DNA from: a virus
Taxonomy: Duplodnaviria; Caudoviricetes
IMG/VR virus record: IMGVR_UViG_3300017761_000750
Location: 1-29,930 of that record
Length of the DNA stretch: 29,930 bases
Strand: one strand, 5' to 3'
Position 1 is the stretch's first letter; every line of letters starts with the position of its first letter. This document shows positions 15,656 through 24,300 of this stretch, piece after piece. Below the pieces are notes generated by a model. The model did not search any database and was not told the DNA's origin. It saw nothing but the letters and a program-made list of their open reading frames with translations. Made by a program: the position numbers and the translations under genes.

Positions 15656-15873
15656 ACCCCGACGAGATCATCCGGATAGCAAATGAGGTGGGCTATCCGC
15701 TGGTTAGTATCGGAGGCAGGCCCTACATCCCGCCGCTGCTGGCCGTGCTTCTTGAGGCTGCTGTCGAGGCCGAGCGTAAGGCAATACTGCGACATGCAAC
15801 GCCAGCCCATGACGTTGACGGGCACTGCGAGATTGTCATCGCCGCAGACATCCGAGCAAGGGGAGAGAAATGA
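15652..15873 (+). CDS. Hypothetical protein, family A copy 2
   Basis: 73 aa ending IRARGEK; ATGA overlaps. Confidence 0.72.
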   Translation: MNPDEIIRIANEVGYPLVSIGGRPYIPPLLAVLLEAAVEAERKAILRHATPAHDVDGHCEIVIAADIRARGEK

Positions 15874-16184
15874 CCGACCGCGAACTACTGGAGGCCGCTG
15901 CGAAGGCGGCGGGGCTGGTGCTAGACAATCTTGGCGACAGAGTAGTGCGCCGTGAGCCTGACGGCCAGCCGGTGTATTGGAATCCCCTCACCGACGACGG
16001 CGATGCGCTGCGACTGGCGGTGAAGTTGCGGCTTGACTTAAGCATCTGGCCTGACAAAGCGTGCGTGCAGTCAGTCGGCGGCGTGCTGCTGGATCAGCCG
16101 ATCTTTGAGAATGGCGACCCCTACGCCGCCACCCGCCGAGCCATCGTGCGTGCTGCTGCTGAGATTGGGAGGGAGACGAAATGA
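15870..16184 (+). CDS. Hypothetical protein, family B copy 2
   Basis: 104 aa paralog of 15332-15655. Confidence 0.78.
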   Translation: MTDRELLEAAAKAAGLVLDNLGDRVVRREPDGQPVYWNPLTDDGDALRLAVKLRLDLSIWPDKACVQSVGGVLLDQPIFENGDPYAATRRAIVRAAAEIGRETK

Positions 16185-16251
16185 AAGCCGCCGAGTGCAT
16201 CATCGCAACCTGCATGCTGTCGTTTGTTTCGCTGCTGATCTGGGGCATGCT

Positions 16252-16578
16252 ATGAAACGCATACTCGCAGCACTCGCTCTAGTCTTTACCCTAACCGGCT
16301 GCGCGACGATTCAGGAAGTGGCGTCAAGCAAAGAGACCTTCGTGGCCTGCCAGGTGCTCGACACGGCGACGACCTACGTTGGAATCTCAAAGGTCGGACT
16401 GGTCGAGGGCAATCCGATCATCGCGGCGCTGCTCAAGCACGGCTGGTTGCCGGTCATCGCGTTCAAGATAGCAATCATCTGGGCGGTCTATCAGATTGAC
16501 TTAAGCCCGCCAGCGCAGACGGTCGCAAACGTGGTCGCCTGCGCGCCGGGGGTCTACAACGCTACGTTGCTGCGGTGA
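16252..16578 (+). CDS. Putative lipoprotein / membrane protein
   Basis: ATG at 16252; signal peptide MKRILAALALVFTLTGC with lipobox LTGC; LDTATT...EGNP motif and further hydrophobic segments. Confidence 0.72.
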   Translation: MKRILAALALVFTLTGCATIQEVASSKETFVACQVLDTATTYVGISKVGLVEGNPIIAALLKHGWLPVIAFKIAIIWAVYQIDLSPPAQTVANVVACAPGVYNATLLR

Positions 16579-16760
16579 TTGTCGCTGCTGAAATTCAGCA
16601 ACTGCTGGACAGCTCGACCGCCAAGCCGCCTAAACCTTTGAGCGACTTGCCGCGTGCTTCGTATTGGCGCGAGTATCATGCACACAGGCAAGCGACTGAT
16701 CCGGAGTATCGGAACAGGAAGATTACGGCGGCACTGAAGCACAAGGCGAATCATGGCTGA
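16575..16760 (+). CDS. Small hypothetical protein
   Basis: 61 aa, GTGA overlap, fills the gap before the primase. Confidence 0.55.
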   Translation: MIVAAEIQQLLDSSTAKPPKPLSDLPRASYWREYHAHRQATDPEYRNRKITAALKHKANHG

Positions 16761-18771
16761 TCTATCCAACATCTTTGGCGGGCCTTGGGCACCGCCGCCT
16801 GCAAAGGTTGTCGAGTCGCCCGAGTCGCAACTGCGCGAGGCGATGATTCAGGCAGGCATCCGCCCGCCGGATGAACTATTCTTCGACGGCAAGATCCACC
16901 GCTTCCGCTCCGACACCAAGGGAAGCGGCGGGCATGACAAGCCGGGTTGGTATCTGGTCTTTGGCGACGGCATTCCCGCCGGTCGATTCGGCTGCTGGCG
17001 GTCTGGCGTTGAATCGTCCTGGCGGGCAGATGTCGGGCGCAAACTGACGGCAAGCGAGGAGATGGCGCACGCTCGCCGCATGGTCGAGGCCAAAGCCGCC
17101 CGCGATGCGGCTCTTGAGCGCCAGCATGAGGTTGCTTCCGATACGGTCGAGATGATCTGGTCGCAGGCGGGCGGCGCTCATCCTGACCATCCGTATCTGG
17201 CTCGCAAGGGCATCCAGACGCACGGCGCACGGGTGACCGGCGACGGTCGGCTGGTTGTACCGCTCTACAGCGAGGATGGCGAACTATCAAGCCTCCAGTA
17301 CATCGGGCATGACGGCACCAAGCTCTACCATCCTGGCGCTCAGACGCGGGGCAAATACTGGATTCTGGGCACCTTCGATGAACCTGGGACGATCTACATT
17401 GCCGAGGGCTTTGCCACCGCCGCCACGATCCACCAAGTCACCGGCAGGCCCTGCGTGGTCGCCTACAGCGCGTCTAATCTGGTTCCGGTCACCGGAGTGA
17501 TCCGCGAGCGTCATGGTCAGCAGCAGGACATTGTGATCGTGGCAGACAACGATTCGTCAGGTGTCGGACAAAGGTACGCAGAGCAGGCTTCAGCGAAGTT
17601 TGGAGCGCGTGTTGTCTCTTCGCCTGCCGAGGGTGACGCCAACGATTACGTCGCCTCTGGCGGCGATCTGGCAAGCCTGCTAGCCCCTTCTGAGGATGAT
17701 TGGCTGATCCCGGCAGATGAGTTCAGCGCCAAGCCTTCGCCGATCTCATGGATGGTCAAGCACTGGCTGCAATCTGACGCGCTTGTCATGGTTCATGGAC
17801 CTTCTGGCGGCGGCAAGACGTTCGTGGTGCTGGACTGGTGCCTGCACATGGCATCCGGCAAGGCAAGTTGGTGCGGCCACCGGGTCAAGCCGGGGAACGT
17901 GGTCTATCTGGCTGGTGAGGGTCACCACGGTCTGCGCGGTCGGGTGGCAGCGTGGAAGCACCATCACCAGTGCGGGCCGCTGTCGATGTGGCTCTCAAAG
18001 AACGGATGCGACCTGAACACGCCGGTCGGCTACCTGAAGGTGGTCGAGCAGGTTCGCAGCCTGCCGGAGCCGCCCGCCGTCATTGTTGTAGATACGCTAC
18101 ACCGATTCCTGGCAGGCGACGAGAACAGCGCGCAGGACGCTAAGACGATGCTGGACGCTTGCAATGCGCTCATGGCTGAGTTCTCCTGCACCGTGGTGCT
18201 GGTGCATCACACAGGCGTGTCTGAGGATTCTCAGCACCGTGCCCGTGGATCTTCAGCGTGGCGTGGTGCGCTCGACATCGAGATCAGCATCGTCCCCGCC
18301 AAGCACGACAACCCGATGGAGATCATCCAGCGCAAGAGCAAGGACGCGGAACTGGCGCAGCCGGTCTACGTCGCACTCCAGCAGGTCGCACTCCCAGGTT
18401 GGCTGGATGAGGACGATCAACAGGTCACCTCTGCCGTGATCGTTCAGGCAGAAGCCGTAGAGAGAAAGGAGAAAAAGCCCGCTGGCAAGCTGGACGAACA
18501 CCGCAAGCTCTTTGAGGCTGCGTGGTGGTCGTCGGGCGCTGAAGTCCGCGACGGCGTGCCATATGTTAGCCGGTCTGCGCTCAAGGACAAGCTGAGCGCT
18601 GACTTCTCCGACCGCAGCATTAAGAACATGTGCAACTCGGCCTATCCAAATCGGTTGATCGGCGCACTACTCCTGTCAGAGACGATCAGCACTTTTGAGC
18701 ATGGCTGGAAGATGATGCACCAGACGCATGCCAGCGCCATGATGATGCGGAAGAACGGCGACAGGGCTTAG
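16753..18771 (+). CDS. Primase-helicase (TOPRIM + RecA-type AAA_25 helicase)
   Basis: HPYLARKGI, IAEGFATA, VADND, DAND (TOPRIM); GPSGGGKT, YLAGEG, VVDTL, VHHTG, RARGSSA (RepA-like helicase). Confidence 0.92.
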   Translation: MADLSNIFGGPWAPPPAKVVESPESQLREAMIQAGIRPPDELFFDGKIHRFRSDTKGSGGHDKPGWYLVFGDGIPAGRFGCWRSGVESSWRADVGRKLTASEEMAHARRMVEAKAARDAALERQHEVASDTVEMIWSQAGGAHPDHPYLARKGIQTHGARVTGDGRLVVPLYSEDGELSSLQYIGHDGTKLYHPGAQTRGKYWILGTFDEPGTIYIAEGFATAATIHQVTGRPCVVAYSASNLVPVTGVIRERHGQQQDIVIVADNDSSGVGQRYAEQASAKFGARVVSSPAEGDANDYVASGGDLASLLAPSEDDWLIPADEFSAKPSPISWMVKHWLQSDALVMVHGPSGGGKTFVVLDWCLHMASGKASWCGHRVKPGNVVYLAGEGHHGLRGRVAAWKHHHQCGPLSMWLSKNGCDLNTPVGYLKVVEQVRSLPEPPAVIVVDTLHRFLAGDENSAQDAKTMLDACNALMAEFSCTVVLVHHTGVSEDSQHRARGSSAWRGALDIEISIVPAKHDNPMEIIQRKSKDAELAQPVYVALQQVALPGWLDEDDQQVTSAVIVQAEAVERKEKKPAGKLDEHRKLFEAAWWSSGAEVRDGVPYVSRSALKDKLSADFSDRSIKNMCNSAYPNRLIGALLLSETISTFEHGWKMMHQTHASAMMMRKNGDRA

Positions 18772-19193
18772 CCTGCCGCTACGCCCTTGACCTTTTCAGC
18801 CGTCCGCAGCCCCGATAGCCCGAGCATGCCGCCGAGCAGGATCATAAGCGCCTCGGTGTCAATGGCGGGCGGAACCGGCCAGCCCTGCACCAGCGCGAGC
18901 CACGACAGCAGCGGCTGCGCCAGGAACGTGTAGGCGAGGCCGATCACGCAGACCCATCCGGCACCCGGTCGCCATCCGCCGATGTAGCGGTCGCCGGTGC
19001 TCGCTTCGATTTTGTTGACCTCGATCTGCGCGAGGTTGTCTGCCTGCGCCATCTGCATCAGCTCGAGTTGCGCCCGGCTGCGCTCTGCGGCCTGCGCGAC
19101 AGGATCTGGGAATATGCGGTCGATGAGTGCGCGACCGGCTTCCAGCAGCGGCCGACCGGCTTCGAGCAATGGCGGGATCAAAAGTGGGTTCAT
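18768..19193 (-). CDS. Holin (3TM / GTA-holin-like)
   Basis: ATG at 19193; IDRIFPDP, QIEVNKIEA, GWRPGAGWVC, LGGMLGLSGLRTAEKVKG; downstream of the endolysin. Confidence 0.8.
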   Translation of the reverse strand: MNPLLIPPLLEAGRPLLEAGRALIDRIFPDPVAQAAERSRAQLELMQMAQADNLAQIEVNKIEASTGDRYIGGWRPGAGWVCVIGLAYTFLAQPLLSWLALVQGWPVPPAIDTEALMILLGGMLGLSGLRTAEKVKGVAAG

Positions 19194-19195
19194 GG

Positions 19196-19582
19196 TCAGT
19201 ACTCGAAAGTTACTTGAGGCATGCCGATGTTTACTCGGCGGTCGAGGTGAAGGAAGTTCCTGTTCCATCCGACCGACCACCCATTTCGCCAAGCGATTGC
19301 AAACAGGTCGCCTTTGTCCGAACTGGTGATCAAGACATCGACCGCGGCGGCCCCGAGGTGCCCCGGTCGGGTCTCGTGGTCCCCGATGTGCAGGCTTCTG
19401 AGCGGTGCCAGCGGCGACACCTTGGCATTGTGAGCCGCGCACCGGCAGGCGCTACTGATTGCCATCGGCCGGCCGTAAGCCAGGCGTAACGCTTCCAGAT
19501 GGTTGAGGAAGCCGGGCTGGAACTGTGCCAGGCCACAGCCGCATTTGCACTGCAACTCGGCTTTGCTGAAGTGTGGCGTCAT
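19196..19582 (-). CDS. Endolysin, peptidase M15 family
   Basis: HFSKAELQCKCGCG, SACRCAAHNAKV, SLH...AVD, FLHLD Zn-ligand pattern. Confidence 0.88.
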   Translation of the reverse strand: MTPHFSKAELQCKCGCGLAQFQPGFLNHLEALRLAYGRPMAISSACRCAAHNAKVSPLAPLRSLHIGDHETRPGHLGAAAVDVLITSSDKGDLFAIAWRNGWSVGWNRNFLHLDRRVNIGMPQVTFEY

Positions 19583-19722
19583 TCGACTTCGTCTTGCTTG
19601 ACAGACTCCTGCGCCGCCTTCTGCATCTCGGCAATCAGTTGAGCGACCTCTTGGTACGGTTGCTGACCGAGGTATTGCAAGATCGCGTTGGCGAGTTCGA
19701 TGGGGAGGGTGATGTCTTTCAT
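19579..19722 (-). CDS. Small protein after the tail fibre (47 aa; possible fibre chaperone)
   Basis: Below the track cutoff. MKDITLPIELANAILQYLGQQPYQEVAQLIAEMQKAAQ; its stop overlaps the endolysin ATG. Confidence 0.7.
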   Translation of the reverse strand: MKDITLPIELANAILQYLGQQPYQEVAQLIAEMQKAAQESVKQDEVE

Positions 19723-19730
19723 GGGGTCTC

Positions 19731-20927
19731 TTAGGTGGCGCTGGTGGTGGCGAGGAGGTAGTAGATCGTACCGTTGACCTGCACGGCGATCTTGTTGGTC
19801 ACGGTGGTGCTGGTGATGCCTGCGTTGGTAACGCCACTACCCTCGCAGCGGACGGCCGGGATCGTGTTGCCTGCGGTGCGGTCAACGCTGAACAGTTGCA
19901 CCGTGTCTGCTGGGCCGGTCGTGGGTGCCGTGCCGGTGCCGAGGGAGAGGACGCCTGCTGCGCTGGTGCCAAAAATCAAGGTGTTTATCCCGACGTTACC
20001 CAAGGCGTCGATGAACATCCGAGTTGTGTTGTTCGTTCCAAAAGAAATGTCAGAATTGGCCCGTTGATAAACGAAGCCGTTTCCTGCGCCGCCTTGCCCG
20101 ACAAAAAACTCATTGGCGGCAGAATTTCCGTTTCCACGGAACGAAGCTCCCGCCGCTGCCGCTGCGCCGCGAGCGATTTCTAGAGCGGTGGCCGGACTCG
20201 TCGTCCCAATGCCGAGGTTGCCGGAAGCGTCGAGACGCATGCGCTCGGTGCCGCCTGTATACAGCGCCTGATAACTGCTGGTGTTGTTGTAGTAAACGCC
20301 CGTTCCTGTTGCGCCAGCCCCAGTAAACCAGCCAAGACCTGCACTGTCGGAGTATCCGTACAGAGAAACTGTACCGTTGGTAAACCGAGAGATATCCCCA
20401 GAGCTTTGCACATGAAGGCGATTCCCCGGACTCGTCGTCCCAATGCCGAGGTTGCCGGAAGCGTCGAGAGTCATGCGTTGCAAGTCACTTGTCCACCAAG
20501 TGATCGGCTTGTATGCGCCAGTTGAAGCAAACGATGCAGTTACTTGCCAAGCGTCGATGCTTAAGAGGTATCGCGTGATCAGTTGCGAATCGTTGCCATT
20601 GGCGAACAGTCTGATTCCATCGCCTGTGTTGTTTGCTTGCTGAACAGTCAAGCGCGAATTAGGACTTGTCGTCCCCACACCCAGATTCGTCCCATCAAAC
20701 GTCAGCGCAGACCCGCTCGTCTCAACCTTGGTGCCGTTCAGGAACACAACGCCGTTGGCCGTGCCCGCTGACACGGGCGACGCCTGGAACTCCGTCAGCG
20801 TCATCTTCTTGTTGGTGCCACTCGCGCCCATCGTAGAGTCGCTGATGTCAACGATGGTCACCAAATCGCCGGAAGCAGTGTTTGCTCCAGTCAGCGAAGT
20901 TAGTTGTGAGATCTTCTGGTCAGCCAT
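19731..20927 (-). CDS. Tail fibre protein
   Basis: 398 aa, G/T/S/N-rich; N-terminal MADQKISQL; repeated RMxLDASGNLGIGTTSP beta-repeats. Confidence 0.85.
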   Translation of the reverse strand: MADQKISQLTSLTGANTASGDLVTIVDISDSTMGASGTNKKMTLTEFQASPVSAGTANGVVFLNGTKVETSGSALTFDGTNLGVGTTSPNSRLTVQQANNTGDGIRLFANGNDSQLITRYLLSIDAWQVTASFASTGAYKPITWWTSDLQRMTLDASGNLGIGTTSPGNRLHVQSSGDISRFTNGTVSLYGYSDSAGLGWFTGAGATGTGVYYNNTSSYQALYTGGTERMRLDASGNLGIGTTSPATALEIARGAAAAAGASFRGNGNSAANEFFVGQGGAGNGFVYQRANSDISFGTNNTTRMFIDALGNVGINTLIFGTSAAGVLSLGTGTAPTTGPADTVQLFSVDRTAGNTIPAVRCEGSGVTNAGITSTTVTNKIAVQVNGTIYYLLATTSAT

Positions 20928-20957
20928 GCGAGTTCCCTTCCAAAAAGTGCAGTGTCA

Positions 20958-21164
20958 TTAGCTAGGCGCTTTGCCCGACAGCCACATGGCAATTGCCACG
21001 CCCAACACGCCGAGCGCCCACATGAACTTGTGCATCAGACTTTTGCCGACCTCTCGGTAGACGTTATCGAGGACGCGCTTGGCCGCACGTTCCGCAATAG
21101 CGTCGATCATCTCGTCGGTCAGCACCGGGTGGATGCGCCGGTCTTTGCTTTGGTAGTCGGTCAT
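20958..21164 (-). CDS. Small protein with C-terminal transmembrane helix
   Basis: ATG at 21164; LTDEMIDAIAERAAKRVL...FMWALGVLGVAIAMWL. Confidence 0.7.
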   Translation of the reverse strand: MTDYQSKDRRIHPVLTDEMIDAIAERAAKRVLDNVYREVGKSLMHKFMWALGVLGVAIAMWLSGKAPS

Positions 21165-21192
21165 TGCTCTTCCGCCATTGTGGGTTGTTTGA

Positions 21193-22863
21193 TCAAGGCA
21201 CAACCCCCAAAGCCTCTGAGCGGTTGTATTCGTTCAAGATGTTTGGAAGCGTTGCAGCACCAATCTGCGGAGATACGCCAGACAACAATCCGCCAAGTTG
21301 CCTGACAACATTGGGCCTTGCGCGAAGTGCGGCGTCAACGATTGACTGGCCTGTCCGCGAGTACATTGCAGGAGTTAGCATTGCGGCTGGTATTGCAACC
21401 TGCGGCTGAGACAAAAGCCCATATCCGCCAGCGGCAGAAGCCAGAATCCTGCCTTCAAGAGACGTTCTGGATTCGTCACCAAGAACTTCTCTTGCGGCAT
21501 CTGAGATTGTTTGGCTTCTAGCTTTGCCTTGTGCGAACGCAGACTTTTTCCTTGTTATATCTGCTTGCCTGACAGCTTGACTAAACTGAGTCGGCGTAAA
21601 GACTCCGTTTTCAGCGCCAGAGTTTGCTGCGGCAATTTTGACGACATTCAACTTGCCGTATGCGTTGTCAATCCTGCGAAGACGCGGCGTCAGACTTGGG
21701 TTCTGAGAGCGAAGCTCTTGCCTAGTTTGTTTGAGCGCGGCACTCAAGGATTGTCCGATTTCACGTTCAGCGGCTGTTGCGCTATTGGAATAGTTAACAG
21801 CCATTTTGCCAAGGTCTGATTCGATTCCTTTGAATTCTGTGCCTGGAGTCGTCTTTCTTCCAGCAAGTTTGCTAAAGACAATCCTCTCAAGCGCTTCTTC
21901 AACAGCATCACCTTGAGCCGTCGAAAGGTTGCCCGTTCCAAAAGCAGAGTTGATGATCCTGTTCTTTGTTGCTTGATCCACAGAAAACTGCATGCGTGCC
22001 AGAACGTCGTCGTATGATTTTGATACAACGTCTGTTGCGTGGGCAATGGCATCTCGCCCAACAACATCTGCTGGCAGTCTTTGACCTATTCTTCGCAGTG
22101 AATCATTGATTACGCCCTTGTTGAAGTCAAACAAGGTGCGTTGCCTTGCGTTAGTGATAGCAGATCCAATAAGCGGAAGGTTCTGGGCGAAGTCCTCCAT
22201 GTTCTTGAACTGTCCACCAAGAACTTGTCCGGTCGTTGGTCTGATTCCAAGGTCGCGCATGGTCTGTTCTGCCTTCGACACCAAAGGATTCAGAACGCGG
22301 CCAGCGCCAGCAACAACGCGCTCGCCAATTGGGCCTGCCACTGCGCCGATTGCAACTTGCTTTGCCTTCTCGCCTTCAAAACCTTCTTCAGCGGTTACTG
22401 GCTGCATTGCAGCGCCAGCAGCACCACCAGCAACGGCTTGCAGCGTTTTTCCAGCCCCGGCACCTCTAGCAAGTGATGCCGCCCTTACGGCGGGCGCAAT
22501 AGAAGCCGGGTTGAGTACGTTGCCAGCCAAGCGAGAAAAGTCAAAGCCTTCACTGCCTTGTCCTGCTCGCTGCTGCTGGTACGCATCTTCTTCTGCGCGA
22601 GCCATCTCATCGACCCGTTGCGCTTCGTTGGAGAAGAAGCGGCTGACAGGATTGGGAACCGTCCCAAAAGCAGAGGTCACTCCAGCGAGTGCGCGAGGAA
22701 GCAATTGAGCGCCCGCCGTAATGGGGTCTTTCAACCCCATGCGGAAACCAGACGACGGCGGCACAGCAGTAGACGGCGAAGCAAGCGCCCGCTCAATCTG
22801 AGCATCTGTCATGCCATCGGGGAACTCAACAACCTCTTCTCCAACTTGGATGTATCTTGGCAT
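21193..22863 (-). CDS. Putative ejection / internal virion protein (556 aa)
   Basis: VEFPDGMTDAQI N-terminus, A/G-rich helical body, third of three consecutive genes after the tail genes. Confidence 0.7.
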   Translation of the reverse strand: MPRYIQVGEEVVEFPDGMTDAQIERALASPSTAVPPSSGFRMGLKDPITAGAQLLPRALAGVTSAFGTVPNPVSRFFSNEAQRVDEMARAEEDAYQQQRAGQGSEGFDFSRLAGNVLNPASIAPAVRAASLARGAGAGKTLQAVAGGAAGAAMQPVTAEEGFEGEKAKQVAIGAVAGPIGERVVAGAGRVLNPLVSKAEQTMRDLGIRPTTGQVLGGQFKNMEDFAQNLPLIGSAITNARQRTLFDFNKGVINDSLRRIGQRLPADVVGRDAIAHATDVVSKSYDDVLARMQFSVDQATKNRIINSAFGTGNLSTAQGDAVEEALERIVFSKLAGRKTTPGTEFKGIESDLGKMAVNYSNSATAAEREIGQSLSAALKQTRQELRSQNPSLTPRLRRIDNAYGKLNVVKIAAANSGAENGVFTPTQFSQAVRQADITRKKSAFAQGKARSQTISDAAREVLGDESRTSLEGRILASAAGGYGLLSQPQVAIPAAMLTPAMYSRTGQSIVDAALRARPNVVRQLGGLLSGVSPQIGAATLPNILNEYNRSEALGVVP

Positions 22864-22864
22864 G

Positions 22865-24298
22865 TCAGTTCACTCCAGAAATGTTTTCTAATTTTCTGGT
22901 CACAGGATTGAATCTCTGAGTCGGTCTTGGCGTAGATGCGCCAGCAAGCGGTTGATCCATTGGCCCGGTCGGCAACTCGCCTTTGGCTTGCGTTTGCAAA
23001 CGCTTGATGTTGTTTTGAATCTTTAGTTCTGCGCTGCGGAGAATCCGTCTCATTGCTCCAGGTTCAAGGCGCTGATCGCCAGCAACAACTTTTTGCAAGT
23101 ACCTCAATTCCTCATTGGAGTCATTGCCTCCAAATTGCTGAAGCCTTGGGATGACAATCTCGCCAATGTTCGACAAGAACACTTCAGTGTTCTCAACTTT
23201 TTGCGCGTTGCCAAGGCCAGCATATTTTGCAGCCAAAGTTTGTTCAGGCCCAAATGCGCCAGCATAGATTCCTTTGTTAAGTAGTCCAAGCGCATCGCCA
23301 ATTGCAGTTTGCAAGTTAAATTGGATTTCAATGCCTGCTACTGCTTTGCCAATCTCTGTTCCAGCAGCCCTTCCTGCGGCTCCACGATCAGGAACAATGT
23401 TGCCGCCAATGCTGCCGATAGACACATTGCCGGTTCCTCTAGACGTTCCGGTGACTTTTGCCAGATTGAATTCGCGCACTCTTGCCTGAAACGCTGGACT
23501 TCCTGGCTCCAATCCTTCGGCAATCAAGTTTTTCACAAACTCGGTCTGTCTTTCTTGTTCCGCCTTGGGGAGCGCCGCAACAAGTTCCCTTCCGGTTTGC
23601 GGATCAACAAGTCTTGCATCCCGTGGAACAACTTGTGTTTTCGGAAGCATTGCATTGCGTGCGTCAACAAGCCCTTTGAGCGCAGCCGCTCCTGCTGGCC
23701 CCATTGTCGCCAGTATTGGAGCAACGGCATCAATGTTCAAACTCAGAGCGCTTTCTTTTGCGCCCGGCATCAGATTGCCTTCGTCGTCGCGCAGAGGCAT
23801 CGACTCCGACACCGGAAGCCCTTGGATCATCGCAGGAGACATCTGGATTGCGCCCTGCCCAACACGTTGCGCCGCCGCAGCAGCGCGCCTCTGACGCTCT
23901 TGCTCCTGCAATTGAGCCAGTTGATACCGCCTCTGTTCTGCGACATCCCTTATCTGATTGGCTTGGTTGGCTTGCTGCGCCAACTGCATCGCCAACGGCG
24001 TATTCCCGGCCTGCGAAGCTCGTCTGGCGGCTTCCATCAGCGACTCAGGGTTAGACACATCCAGCCCTTGCAGCATTTGCTGCTGCTCGGTGATGCGTTG
24101 CAGTTGCGGGTCTTGAGCGCCGAGAAGGCTTCTTGTTGCCTGACCAAGACCTTGACCAGCAGAGAAGAAGCCCATGGCCGCACGCTGCTCAGGAGCCAGT
24201 TGCGCGTATTGCATCGCACGCTGGCGGTCAGCCTGCATCTGCTGGCGCTGGTACATTTCGGGCGTCATAAACAACCCGGCAATTTGACTTTCAGCCAT
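22865..24298 (-). CDS. Putative ejection / DNA transfer protein (477 aa)
   Basis: Q/A-rich helical, Cys-free; position equivalent to P22 gp20. Confidence 0.7.
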   Translation of the reverse strand: MAESQIAGLFMTPEMYQRQQMQADRQRAMQYAQLAPEQRAAMGFFSAGQGLGQATRSLLGAQDPQLQRITEQQQMLQGLDVSNPESLMEAARRASQAGNTPLAMQLAQQANQANQIRDVAEQRRYQLAQLQEQERQRRAAAAAQRVGQGAIQMSPAMIQGLPVSESMPLRDDEGNLMPGAKESALSLNIDAVAPILATMGPAGAAALKGLVDARNAMLPKTQVVPRDARLVDPQTGRELVAALPKAEQERQTEFVKNLIAEGLEPGSPAFQARVREFNLAKVTGTSRGTGNVSIGSIGGNIVPDRGAAGRAAGTEIGKAVAGIEIQFNLQTAIGDALGLLNKGIYAGAFGPEQTLAAKYAGLGNAQKVENTEVFLSNIGEIVIPRLQQFGGNDSNEELRYLQKVVAGDQRLEPGAMRRILRSAELKIQNNIKRLQTQAKGELPTGPMDQPLAGASTPRPTQRFNPVTRKLENISGVN

Positions 24299-24300
24299 GG

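Noticed and set aside
15069-16185. Diversity-generating retroelement or integron
   Set aside because: No reverse transcriptase or tyrosine recombinase in the window; differences are not adenine-specific and no attC-like palindromes are seen.
19194-19442. N-terminal extension of the holin ORF given in the track (start 19442)
   Set aside because: It overlaps the endolysin out of frame; the ATG at 19193, right after the endolysin stop, gives a typical holin.
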